Shown here piece after piece: positions 8,813-17,503 of a DNA stretch of 64,000 nucleotides. Location of the stretch: IMG/VR virus record IMGVR_UViG_3300009183_005911, positions 4,322 to 68,321 of that record; one strand, written 5' to 3'. This DNA comes from a virus. Both the position numbers and the translations under genes were made by a program. Numbering within the stretch: position 1 is the first letter of the stretch; the number at the start of each line of letters is the position of its first letter. The notes under the pieces are model-generated. The model had not been told where the DNA came from. It did not search any database and saw only the letters and a list, made by a program, of their open reading frames with translations.

Positions 8813-11122
8813 ATGCAAGAAAAAAGTTATGTAACGGTCAATAGTAAAGAAACTCTAAAAGAACTAATAGAGCATATTAGAACTAGCGAGTTTGTAGCCT
8901 TTGATACTGAAACCAATAGTTTGAATACCCGAAAAGGTAAGATTATTGGTTTTTCTGTGTCAGGTGAGATTGGCAAAGGCTTTTATATGCCTACTATGAT
9001 TTGGAAAGATGAAAAATTACAAGAAGTAATGCTAGAGGGTAAGAGTGCACACGCACTTGCTACCTACGCAATATCAGAACTAGTAGATAAGAAGGTTATT
9101 TGTCATAATGCTTCTTTTGACTTACGTTACGTTCATAACTTCTACGGTATTGATTTACTCCCTTCATTACACGCCGATACTGCCCTACTCGTTCATACAG
9201 TAAGAGAGGAAGGTGCATTTGGATTTGGTAATCCATTTGGATTAAAGTCTATTGCTAAAATGGTTCAAGCCGATATTGGACTTAATGTAGAAGAAGAAGC
9301 GAATGAAGAGCAATTAGAACTAAAAGCTAGTATTAAAGCTAATGGAGGCTCTACTTCAAAAGATAATTACGAAATTTATAAAGCAGATATGGCTATATTA
9401 GCCAAGTATGCTGCAGCCGATACAGATTTAACCTTAAGAATTTATCATCACTTCCTAAAAATACTTCAAGATGAAGGATTAGAAAAATTCTTCTTTGAAG
9501 AAGAGGTAATGCCTGTTTATAGAGAGGTAACTATACCCATGGAAAGACACGGTATTAGACTTAATGTAAAACTTATTCAAGAAACTCAAAGTAATATAAC
9601 AAAAGATTTAGAGGAACAGTCCACCTTAGTTACTCAAGAGTTATTAAAAGAGCCTAAAATTAGGAATTGGATTATAGATCAAGCTATAGGAGCCTATCCT
9701 CCTAAAAATAAAGGTACGTTTGCACAAAGGTTATTAGAACAAGCCGGTGTAGAGTTACCTAGATCAGAAAAGACAGGTAAATTTGCTATTAACAAATCAG
9801 CCGTATTAGGATTACCGGAATCAATTATCAAGGATTACTTAATAACTGGAGATCAAAGTTATTTAGCGAAAGACCAGGTAGTAAAAGTTAGTTTATCTCT
9901 ATGGAAAAAAGATAACGATGGTCAATTCTTTAATATTCAATCTAAAGATCAATTAGGTAAGATTGCATTTAACGTATTAGGTGAAAAACCTCTTTCTACT
10001 ACTGATAAAGGTAAACCTCAATTTGATGAGGATATGATTCAGTCAATTAGCAGTAAGTATTCTTGGGCTAAGCATTTACGTTTATACAATAAACTTACTA
10101 AAATTAAAACTGCGTATGTGGATCGATTCTTAGATGCAGCAGAAGATGAAAGATTTTACCCTTACTTCAAGCAGAACGGTACTGTATCGGGAAGATACGG
10201 TTCTGATTTACAGCAATTACCTAAGCCCTTAGAAGAAGGTCAAGAAGAAGCTCTATTAACAGGGTATACTAACGTAGTAAGAGCTTTCTTTATCTGCGAT
10301 GAAGGAACAAAGTTATTAGATACCGATTATGCATCATTAGAGCCTAGAGTATTTGCTACGGTAGCAGGCGATGAAGGACTAAAGGAGATTTTTAATAACG
10401 ATTTAGATTTCTATTCTCACATTGCTATTAAGACTGAAAAACTAGAAGGTGTTAGTGCACATACAAAAGCAGATAACTTCCTTAAGAAGGTAGATCCTGT
10501 TAAGAGACAAACTGCTAAAGGCTATGCCTTAGGCGTACCTTACGGCATGTCAGGTTATGCACTTGCAATGTCTTTAGGTATAGATAAGAAAGAAGGTGAG
10601 AGACTTGTACAAGGTTATTTAGATGGATTTCCGCAATTAAGAGAATGGAGAGAAAGATCAAGAGCGTTTGTAAAAGAACATGGTTTTATTCAAAATAAGG
10701 TAGGACGTATAAGACATCTTCCTAAAGCAAAAGAGATTCATGCTATGTTTGGCGATAAGATATTAGATGATTGGCGATTTAGAAAAGGTATAGAAGCAGA
10801 ATACGGAGTGGAAGTAGTTACTGCTTTATATCGAGACTATAAAAACGCTCTGAATAACGTTTTAAACTATCAAATTCAGAGTTATGCAGCAAGCATAGTA
10901 AACCGTGCTGCCTTACAAATTAATAGGAGATTCCATAAGGAAAACATAGTAGGACAGGTAATTGCACAGATACATGACCAATTGATTTGCCAAGTTAAGG
11001 AAGAGCATGTAAAAAGAGCTTGCGAGATTGTCCAAGACTGTATGGAAAATACTACTCGATTGGATGGCGTAGAGTTAATTGCAATTCCCGAAATAGCAAA
11101 TAATTTTAAGGAAGGTCATTAG
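8813..11122 (+). CDS. polA: DNA polymerase family A with 3'-5' exonuclease domain
   Basis: Exo motifs AFDTET, HNASFD, YAAAD; TVSGR; motif A DTDYASLEPR; motif B RQTAKGYALGVPYG; motif C QIHDQL. Confidence 0.93.
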   Translation: MQEKSYVTVNSKETLKELIEHIRTSEFVAFDTETNSLNTRKGKIIGFSVSGEIGKGFYMPTMIWKDEKLQEVMLEGKSAHALATYAISELVDKKVICHNASFDLRYVHNFYGIDLLPSLHADTALLVHTVREEGAFGFGNPFGLKSIAKMVQADIGLNVEEEANEEQLELKASIKANGGSTSKDNYEIYKADMAILAKYAAADTDLTLRIYHHFLKILQDEGLEKFFFEEEVMPVYREVTIPMERHGIRLNVKLIQETQSNITKDLEEQSTLVTQELLKEPKIRNWIIDQAIGAYPPKNKGTFAQRLLEQAGVELPRSEKTGKFAINKSAVLGLPESIIKDYLITGDQSYLAKDQVVKVSLSLWKKDNDGQFFNIQSKDQLGKIAFNVLGEKPLSTTDKGKPQFDEDMIQSISSKYSWAKHLRLYNKLTKIKTAYVDRFLDAAEDERFYPYFKQNGTVSGRYGSDLQQLPKPLEEGQEEALLTGYTNVVRAFFICDEGTKLLDTDYASLEPRVFATVAGDEGLKEIFNNDLDFYSHIAIKTEKLEGVSAHTKADNFLKKVDPVKRQTAKGYALGVPYGMSGYALAMSLGIDKKEGERLVQGYLDGFPQLREWRERSRAFVKEHGFIQNKVGRIRHLPKAKEIHAMFGDKILDDWRFRKGIEAEYGVEVVTALYRDYKNALNNVLNYQIQSYAASIVNRAALQINRRFHKENIVGQVIAQIHDQLICQVKEEHVKRACEIVQDCMENTTRLDGVELIAIPEIANNFKEGH

Positions 11123-11145
11123 ATATTTATAATAAATACAGTTAT

Positions 11146-11739
11146 ATGATACATACATTCGTCTTCCCTCAGGAAGAAGTAGACCTTCAGAATTACTATT
11201 ACTACAATGAAGGCTTTAACAAAACAGAGTTAGATAAAGTTTATAAAGGAGTCGATGCACTACCCTTTGTACAGGCAGGAGTAGCTCAAGAGAACTCGGT
11301 AGATAAAAAAATTCGATCGTCATCAATAAAGTGGGTACCCAAGGAAGATAACTGGGAGTGGCTTTATGAAAAAATGATGAATATGGCCTTAGAAGCTAAT
11401 AAAGCATTATGGCATTTCGATTTAATTTCTATTATGGATAATATTCAATATACTGAATACTATGCCTCAGAAGGGGGACATTATGGCTGGCATCAAGACA
11501 TAGGACCAGGTTGGCTATCTAATAGAAAAATTTCCATTACAGTACAGTTATCAGGTCCCGACGAATACGAAGGAGGTAATTTAGATTATTGGCAAGGAGG
11601 AGAAGGACATACTACAGCACCTAAAGGAAAAGGAACAGTATTTATTTTTCCGTCTTATATGATGCATAGAGTAGCACCCGTTACTAAAGGTACAAGACGT
11701 TCTTTTGTATTATGGGTTGGCGGACAACATTACAGGTAA
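11146..11739 (+). CDS. 2OG-Fe(II) oxygenase (PKHD/P4H-like)
   Basis: WHQD, RKISITVQLS, YEGG, FPSYMMHRV, GTRRSFVLW. Confidence 0.88.
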   Translation: MIHTFVFPQEEVDLQNYYYYNEGFNKTELDKVYKGVDALPFVQAGVAQENSVDKKIRSSSIKWVPKEDNWEWLYEKMMNMALEANKALWHFDLISIMDNIQYTEYYASEGGHYGWHQDIGPGWLSNRKISITVQLSGPDEYEGGNLDYWQGGEGHTTAPKGKGTVFIFPSYMMHRVAPVTKGTRRSFVLWVGGQHYR

Positions 11740-11744
11740 AAGAG

Positions 11745-11775
11745 TTGGATGTTTTTATAAAGTAGTATATATTTA
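11745..11775 (+). promoter_or_regulatory. promoter TTG-N20-TATATTTA upstream of hsp20
   Basis: Exact spacing match. Confidence 0.55.
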
Positions 11776-11785
11776 TTAGAAATAA

Positions 11786-12323
11786 GGTACTCTGGTAGGC
11801 CTTAAGTTATGAATAATTATTAAACCGTTCACCGTAAGGGAACACAAAACTAAACACTATGGGAATATTTAGACCCTTTGAGCTAGATCCATTCGACTTG
11901 CTCTGGAAAGATTTACTAGAAACACAATCACACTTTTCTGCAATCACGCAGAGAATCACTCACCCGGTAGATATTTTTGAAAACGAAGACGGCATTCGAT
12001 TTGAAATAGCCGCAGTAGGACTTAATCAAGAAGATATTGAAATCTTGGTTGATAACGATAATCTACGTATTCGTTATGAAAAGCCTAGCGATCCACAAGA
12101 AACAGCAATTTATAAAGGCATTAAAAGAAGTAGCTTCGACTTAACTTGGAAAGTCTCCACTAAGTTCGACCTACCTGGTCTTACAGCTTCTCTAGATAAA
12201 GGTTTATTATACCTTAATATACCAGTAGCTGAAGGTAAAGCTGTACGCAAAATTGAAATTGCTACACCAAAAACAGTAGAAGATAAAAAGAAAAAATAAA
12301 GGTTAATAGGCCTACCAAGTACC
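11786..12323 (+). repeat. 16-bp inverted repeat bracketing the hsp20 gene
   Basis: GGTACTcTGGTAGGCCT (11786-11802) pairs with AGGCCTACCAAGTACC (12308-12323) with one bulged C. Confidence 0.7.
11859..12299 (+). CDS. small heat-shock protein Hsp20
   Basis: PVDIFE, IAAVG, YKGIKRSSF, ASLDKGLLYLNIP alpha-crystallin motifs. Confidence 0.9.
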   Translation: MGIFRPFELDPFDLLWKDLLETQSHFSAITQRITHPVDIFENEDGIRFEIAAVGLNQEDIEILVDNDNLRIRYEKPSDPQETAIYKGIKRSSFDLTWKVSTKFDLPGLTASLDKGLLYLNIPVAEGKAVRKIEIATPKTVEDKKKK

Positions 12324-12327
12324 AGTT

Positions 12328-12543
12328 ATGATCCACTTTCTCAGAAAAGAACTTATTACCTTTAATGATACTCTCTACTATATCGTAGAGATTATACGAA
12401 TGGACGATAAAATCGTGTATAAAGACGGTAATACTAATGTAGAGAATATAAAAGAAAATCTACATGCAGATATTGTACTAAAAAAGGAAGATAAATTTTT
12501 TTTTCTGAGAAGTATTCCTGATATTGAAATTATAACAGAATAA
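12328..12543 (+). CDS. hypothetical protein
   Basis: 71-aa ORF. Confidence 0.55.
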   Translation: MIHFLRKELITFNDTLYYIVEIIRMDDKIVYKDGNTNVENIKENLHADIVLKKEDKFFFLRSIPDIEIITE

Positions 12544-12557
12544 AAAATAAATAAAAT

Positions 12558-12851
12558 ATGAGTTCTAAATTACACCCCTTAAACGGGTATTTGGTTTTGA
12601 GACCAATTGAAACAGAAGAAGAAACGTACGGTAATATCGTTATTCCTGATCTAGGAAAAGAAAGACCGGAATTAGGCGAAGTGGTAGCAGTATCAGGAAC
12701 CTATAACTATAATTCAGATAAGTTAGTTCCTTCTAACCTAGAAGTAGGCGATAAAGTATTAATACCTAAATTAGGATCATTAAGAATCACTGTAGAAGGT
12801 GATGAGTATTTCATTTGTAAAGAACAAGACGTTTACGCAAAAATTAATTAA
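12558..12851 (+). CDS. groES: co-chaperonin GroES
   Basis: LHPLNGYLVL, GNIVIPD..KE, GEVVAV, VGDKVL. Confidence 0.92.
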   Translation: MSSKLHPLNGYLVLRPIETEEETYGNIVIPDLGKERPELGEVVAVSGTYNYNSDKLVPSNLEVGDKVLIPKLGSLRITVEGDEYFICKEQDVYAKIN

Positions 12852-12853
12852 AA

Positions 12854-14494
12854 ATGGCAACACAGACAGTTTTCGGAACAGAATTAAAAAACAAACTATT
12901 AGCTGGTATTAAGCAATTAAACCAGTCAGTATCTTCCACTTTAGGACCAGGTGGTAGAACAGTATTAATAAAGGATCAATCAGGTGAAGTAAAAGTAACT
13001 AAAGATGGCGTTACGGTAGCTAGATCGTTTCATGAGTTAGAAGACCAAGTAGAAGACTTAGGTGCACAACTTGTAAAGCAAGTATCTATTAAATCTGCTA
13101 ATGAAGCAGGTGATGGTACTACAAAATCTACTTTACTTGCAACTACTATGGTAGAAGAAGGATTAAAATTAATTAATCAAGGTTCTAACCCAGTAGAAGT
13201 AAAGAAAGGTATTGACAAGTACGTTAAAGAAGTAGTAGAGCAGTTAAAGAAGATCTCTAAGGATGTAAGTTCTCAAGATCAAATCAGACAAGTAGCTACT
13301 ATATCAGCTAATGGCGATACAGAGGTAGGAGAATTAATTTCTACAGCTATTGAAAAAGTAGGTAGAGAGGGTATTGTTACTATTGAAGAATCTAAGACAG
13401 GCGAAACTAGTTTAGAGGTAGTAGAAGGTATGCAATTTGATAGAGGTTATAAATCTCCATACTTTGTCACTAACAATACAACAATGAATGCTGTATTAAA
13501 CGATCCTTACATTTTAATCTACGACGGACGTATTACTAAAGCAGCTGAATTATTAAATGCATTAAGTAAAGTAAATTCAGATAACAAGCCTTTATTAATT
13601 GTTGCAGAAGATATCGAAGATGAAGCATTAGCTACTTTGATTGTAAATAAAATGAGAGGTATTGTTTCAGTAGCTGCAGTTAAAGCACCAGATTTTGGTG
13701 AAAGAAGAACTTTAATCTTAGAAGACTTAGCTATCTTAACAGGAGGTACAGTTATTGCAAAAGATAAAGGGCATAAGTTAGATAAATTAACTCCCGTACA
13801 GCTTGTAGAAATGTTTGGTAAAGCTAGAACAATTACAGTATCAAAAGAAGCTACTACAGTAGTAGATGGTAATGGTACAGTAGAAGCTATTACAGCTAGA
13901 GCTCAAGAGATTAAAGATCAAATTGAGAAAGCTACTTCATTCTACGAGAAAGAAAAATTACAAGAGAGATTAGGTAAACTAATTGGCGGTGTAGCAATTA
14001 TTTCAGTAGGAGGTAATTCTGATATTGAAATTAAAGAAAGAAAAGATAGAGTAGAAGATGCTTTATTTGCTACTAAAGCAGCATTAGTAGAAGGAGTTGT
14101 TCCCGGTGGCGGTATTGCATTGATTGAAGCAATTAATGCTTTAAAGATGGATACAAATATTTCTCTTGATGAGATAAAAGGATTTGATATTGTTAAGAGA
14201 GCTTGCTACCAACCATTCAAGACAATTTTAGAGAATTGCGGTATTGAAGATTACTATTCTGTTTTAAGAGCAGTACAAGATGCTAAGACTGAAAATAACT
14301 TAGCTACCTATAATGCTAAAACTCAAGAAGTAGTAGATGCAACAGAAGCAGGATTATTAGATCCAGCTAAAGTAACTCGTACTGCTTTAGAGAATGCCGC
14401 TTCAGTAGCAGGAACTATACTAACAACAGAATCAGTTATTTTCGAGAAGAAAGACGATAAGAAACAAGAAGACCCAGCAGCGGGCATGTACTAA
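12854..14494 (+). CDS. groEL: chaperonin GroEL
   Basis: [50 protein letters not shown]. Confidence 0.96.
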   Translation: MATQTVFGTELKNKLLAGIKQLNQSVSSTLGPGGRTVLIKDQSGEVKVTKDGVTVARSFHELEDQVEDLGAQLVKQVSIKSANEAGDGTTKSTLLATTMVEEGLKLINQGSNPVEVKKGIDKYVKEVVEQLKKISKDVSSQDQIRQVATISANGDTEVGELISTAIEKVGREGIVTIEESKTGETSLEVVEGMQFDRGYKSPYFVTNNTTMNAVLNDPYILIYDGRITKAAELLNALSKVNSDNKPLLIVAEDIEDEALATLIVNKMRGIVSVAAVKAPDFGERRTLILEDLAILTGGTVIAKDKGHKLDKLTPVQLVEMFGKARTITVSKEATTVVDGNGTVEAITARAQEIKDQIEKATSFYEKEKLQERLGKLIGGVAIISVGGNSDIEIKERKDRVEDALFATKAALVEGVVPGGGIALIEAINALKMDTNISLDEIKGFDIVKRACYQPFKTILENCGIEDYYSVLRAVQDAKTENNLATYNAKTQEVVDATEAGLLDPAKVTRTALENAASVAGTILTTESVIFEKKDDKKQEDPAAGMY

Positions 14495-14510
14495 TAAGGG
14501 TTGTTTTAAA

Positions 14511-14546
14511 ATAGGGAGCTCTTCTTAATTGAAGAGCTTTCTCTAT
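14511..14546 (+). terminator. hairpin / probable intrinsic terminator after groEL
   Basis: AGCTCTTC-TTAATT-GAAGAGCT followed by TTCTCT. Confidence 0.6.
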
Positions 14547-14550
14547 TTAT
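14543..14550 (+). promoter_or_regulatory. putative phage late-promoter motif CTATTTAT (representative copy)
   Basis: Same octamer shortly before starts at 16319, 16998, 28558, 45888, 47300, 49440, 51133, 52725, 55307 and 62339. Confidence 0.55.
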
Positions 14551-14562
14551 ATAAAAAGACAT

Positions 14563-15168
14563 ATGAAAAAAATACCAGTAACAGTACTAACCGTAATAAG
14601 CTTAATAGCTATTACAGTACTTATGACACAAAAATTAAAAAAATCAGAAGTTGCTCCTGAAAGAGCATTGGTAGTTGTTGAGGGTAAGTTTGCATTTTGC
14701 GGTGCATCAGCAGCAATACCAACAGGTGATACAATAACTGTAGAAGGTAAGAAATTCTTAGAAGGAGTAGCAGCTTGTCCAATAATGGACGGTCCTTCCA
14801 TTGCTAATAATATACTAGTACCTAATCCTTCAGTAACTCCTGACAGTACAGATAAAACAGTATGGTCCTACTTTTGGTATTATGATTCAGTTCCTCAAGC
14901 TCCAACTTGGGAAAACTTACCTACAGTTAATCGTACATTCACAATTGCAAATACACCAGATAGCAGCATGAGCAACATGTGGTGCATGCCCTGTAAGATA
15001 TTACCTAAAAAGGTTAACGGTGTAACAATAGCAAATTGCTACGGTCCACTTAATGAATTAGCTTTCCCAATGCGTAGAGCACTTAGAGCACATCCTGGTC
15101 AAACATCTGTAACACAAGCACCAGTAGGAGCACCGTATCCAGTTGGAACAATCATACCAAAACAATAG
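14563..15168 (+). CDS. exported Cys-containing hypothetical protein
   Basis: N-terminal signal/anchor, five Cys, Pro-rich. Confidence 0.6.
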   Translation: MKKIPVTVLTVISLIAITVLMTQKLKKSEVAPERALVVVEGKFAFCGASAAIPTGDTITVEGKKFLEGVAACPIMDGPSIANNILVPNPSVTPDSTDKTVWSYFWYYDSVPQAPTWENLPTVNRTFTIANTPDSSMSNMWCMPCKILPKKVNGVTIANCYGPLNELAFPMRRALRAHPGQTSVTQAPVGAPYPVGTIIPKQ

Positions 15169-15174
15169 AACATT

Positions 15175-15585
15175 ATGGCATATTCAGAAAAAGTCTTAGA
15201 ACATTACTCTAATCCTAAAAATATAGGAACTCTAGATAAATCTAAGTTAAACGTAGGTACGGGATTAGTAGGTGCTCCAGAATGCGGTGATGTAATGAGA
15301 TTACAAATAGAAGTAGAAGATAATATAATCGTTAACGCTAAATTCAAAACATTTGGATGCGGTTCAGCAATAGCTTCTTCTTCAGTAGCTACAGAATGGT
15401 TGAAAGGAAAAACATTAGATGAAGCTGTTACTATAGATAACATGGATTTAGTAGAGGAATTAAATTTACCTCCTGTTAAAATTCACTGTTCAGTATTAGC
15501 AGAAGATGCTATTAAAGCAGCTATTAATGATTATAGAGTAAAACAAGGTTTAGAAGCAATTATATTTGAAGAATCACATATATGA
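15175..15585 (+). CDS. iscU: Fe-S cluster scaffold IscU
   Basis: MAYSEKVLEHYSNPKNIG, GAPECGDVM, FKTFGCGSAIAS, LPPVKIHCSVLAE. Confidence 0.96.
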   Translation: MAYSEKVLEHYSNPKNIGTLDKSKLNVGTGLVGAPECGDVMRLQIEVEDNIIVNAKFKTFGCGSAIASSSVATEWLKGKTLDEAVTIDNMDLVEELNLPPVKIHCSVLAEDAIKAAINDYRVKQGLEAIIFEESHI

Positions 15586-15686
15586 TAATATTATTACTTT
15601 TGGTTACTACATTCATTCTTTCCTACTATTTAGCAAAGTGGCATGTTAAATTATTTGATGAAACAAACCTTACAAATTTATAAATT

Positions 15687-15995
15687 ATGAGTTTTATTAT
15701 TGGAAAAAGTTGTGTTGATTGTATGGATACAGCTTGCGCTAATGCTTGTCCTGTTGACTGTATTCACGGACCTATAACCGTTGGAGGCTCAGGTGCAGAA
15801 GTAGCAGCACAAGGCAAAGAAGCATTCCCAGGTGGACAATTATACATAGACCCTGATACTTGTATTAACTGTGGTGCTTGTGTTCCAGAATGTCCTGTTA
15901 GTGCAATCTATGAAGATGAAGATATTGCAATTAAAGCAGGTGATGAAGAATCAGTTCATAAAAATTATGAGTTTTTCGGATTAAAGTATGCATAA
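15687..15995 (+). CDS. 4Fe-4S dicluster ferredoxin (FdxA-like)
   Basis: CVDCMDTACANACPVDC and CINCGACVPECP. Confidence 0.92.
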   Translation: MSFIIGKSCVDCMDTACANACPVDCIHGPITVGGSGAEVAAQGKEAFPGGQLYIDPDTCINCGACVPECPVSAIYEDEDIAIKAGDEESVHKNYEFFGLKYA

Positions 15996-16318
15996 TGGTA
16001 ACAGTATCAGAAACAGCAGCAATAAAATTAGCTTCATTAATTGAAGAAAGTGGATTCAAAACTCCATTTGTTAGAGTAGCAGTTAAAGGAGGTGGATGTA
16101 GTGGATTATCTTATGATTTATCCTTTGATACTGAACAACACCCATCTGATACATTAGCAGAAGATAAAGGTGTAAAAATACTTGTAGATATGAAATCTCT
16201 ATTATACCTTTATGGCACAGAATTAGAGTTTAGTGGCGGCCTAAACGGCAAAGGATTTCAGTTTATAAATCCAAATGCATCCCGTACTTGTGGATGCGGA
16301 GAGAGCTTTGCATTATAG
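15995..16318 (+). CDS. iscA: A-type Fe-S carrier IscA/HesB
   Basis: GGGCSGLSY, NPNASRTCGCGESF. Confidence 0.94.
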   Translation: MVTVSETAAIKLASLIEESGFKTPFVRVAVKGGGCSGLSYDLSFDTEQHPSDTLAEDKGVKILVDMKSLLYLYGTELEFSGGLNGKGFQFINPNASRTCGCGESFAL

Positions 16319-16330
16319 CTATTTATAATA

Positions 16331-16987
16331 ATGAAACGAAAAATAGTATTAATACTAACACTTATTGCTTTTTTGAGCATATTTGTAAGCCTTGCACTTA
16401 ACGCACAAGATACGATTCGTATCAAACATACTAACTATACTACAGTATTTAGCAAATCAAAACACTACCCAGTCTTAGTAGAATGGTATGCAACTAAAGC
16501 TAAAATAGGATGTGAAAAACCTTTAACACGTAAAGATAATTTTCAGCCAGATCCTCAATTACCTATAGAAACTGATTTAAAAGCTGATTATGTAGGATCA
16601 GGAACAGATAGAGGACATATGATGCCTGCAGCCGACAATTTATGTCAAACACCTGAAGTACAGAATGAATGTTTCTACTTCTCTAATATGTCTGCACAGT
16701 ATCATAGTCTAAACGCAGGTGATTGGAAATCATTAGAAGTACTAAGCAGACAACTAGCCCTTGTAAATGACTCAGTTCACATTTGGTGCGGTAATATAGG
16801 AGAGGCTAAAAAAATAGGAAAAGTAACAGTTCCTAAGCAATGTTGGAAAGTAATATACATTATTAGAAGTAAAGAGTATCAAGCATATATATTCGATAAT
16901 ACTACAAATAAGCCAACCGGCTTACATTCTCATCAAGTAACAGTTGATGACATCACTAAATTAACAGGTTTTAAGTTCAAAAAGTAG
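16331..16987 (+). CDS. exported DNA/RNA non-specific endonuclease (NucA/EndA family)
   Basis: Signal peptide; DRGHMMPAA, FYFSNMSAQ...LNAGDW..LE. Confidence 0.9.
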   Translation: MKRKIVLILTLIAFLSIFVSLALNAQDTIRIKHTNYTTVFSKSKHYPVLVEWYATKAKIGCEKPLTRKDNFQPDPQLPIETDLKADYVGSGTDRGHMMPAADNLCQTPEVQNECFYFSNMSAQYHSLNAGDWKSLEVLSRQLALVNDSVHIWCGNIGEAKKIGKVTVPKQCWKVIYIIRSKEYQAYIFDNTTNKPTGLHSHQVTVDDITKLTGFKFKK

Positions 16988-17017
16988 GTTATATATTCTA
17001 TTTATATCCAAACCGTA

Positions 17018-17500
17018 GTGAAAGCATTTTACTTAATTATGGTTATGATTATACTGAGTATTTCTGGATTAGCTCAAAAAAAAGCCGCTCTTGGTACTAT
17101 AGTAAACAATATTAAAGCAGGCCCCCTAACAGGTAATAAAAATCTTGCTTTTGGCGTTAAAAACGTACTACAGGAGGCCCTTCAAGATAAGGGCTTTAGT
17201 TTAGTAGACAGATTTGATGCTGATTATGTTATAGATGTAGAAATTTCTTTCTTCGATGTAGAACAGACCAAGCAAGGTATTTCTGTTTTCCATGAAGATA
17301 AGAATGAAGTTGTAATAAGGATGAGAGGTACTTTATCAGATGGATTTGGTAAAGCTTTAAAGACTATAAACACTGAAGATAGATCTTCAGAAATAAGTAC
17401 ATCCACGTTGTTGATAAATGAAGGAGGTCAGTTTAATTCTGCCGTACAAAGAAATGCAATTAAAAAAGCGTGTGTTTCGGTTGTGACAAAATTATTCTAA
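17018..17500 (+). CDS. exported CsgG/TolB-N-like protein
   Basis: Signal peptide; alpha/beta pattern (GVKNVLQEALQDKGF...AIKKAC) resembling the 20444 protein; GTG start. Confidence 0.5.
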   Translation: MKAFYLIMVMIILSISGLAQKKAALGTIVNNIKAGPLTGNKNLAFGVKNVLQEALQDKGFSLVDRFDADYVIDVEISFFDVEQTKQGISVFHEDKNEVVIRMRGTLSDGFGKALKTINTEDRSSEISTSTLLINEGGQFNSAVQRNAIKKACVSVVTKLF

Positions 17501-17503
17501 ATT

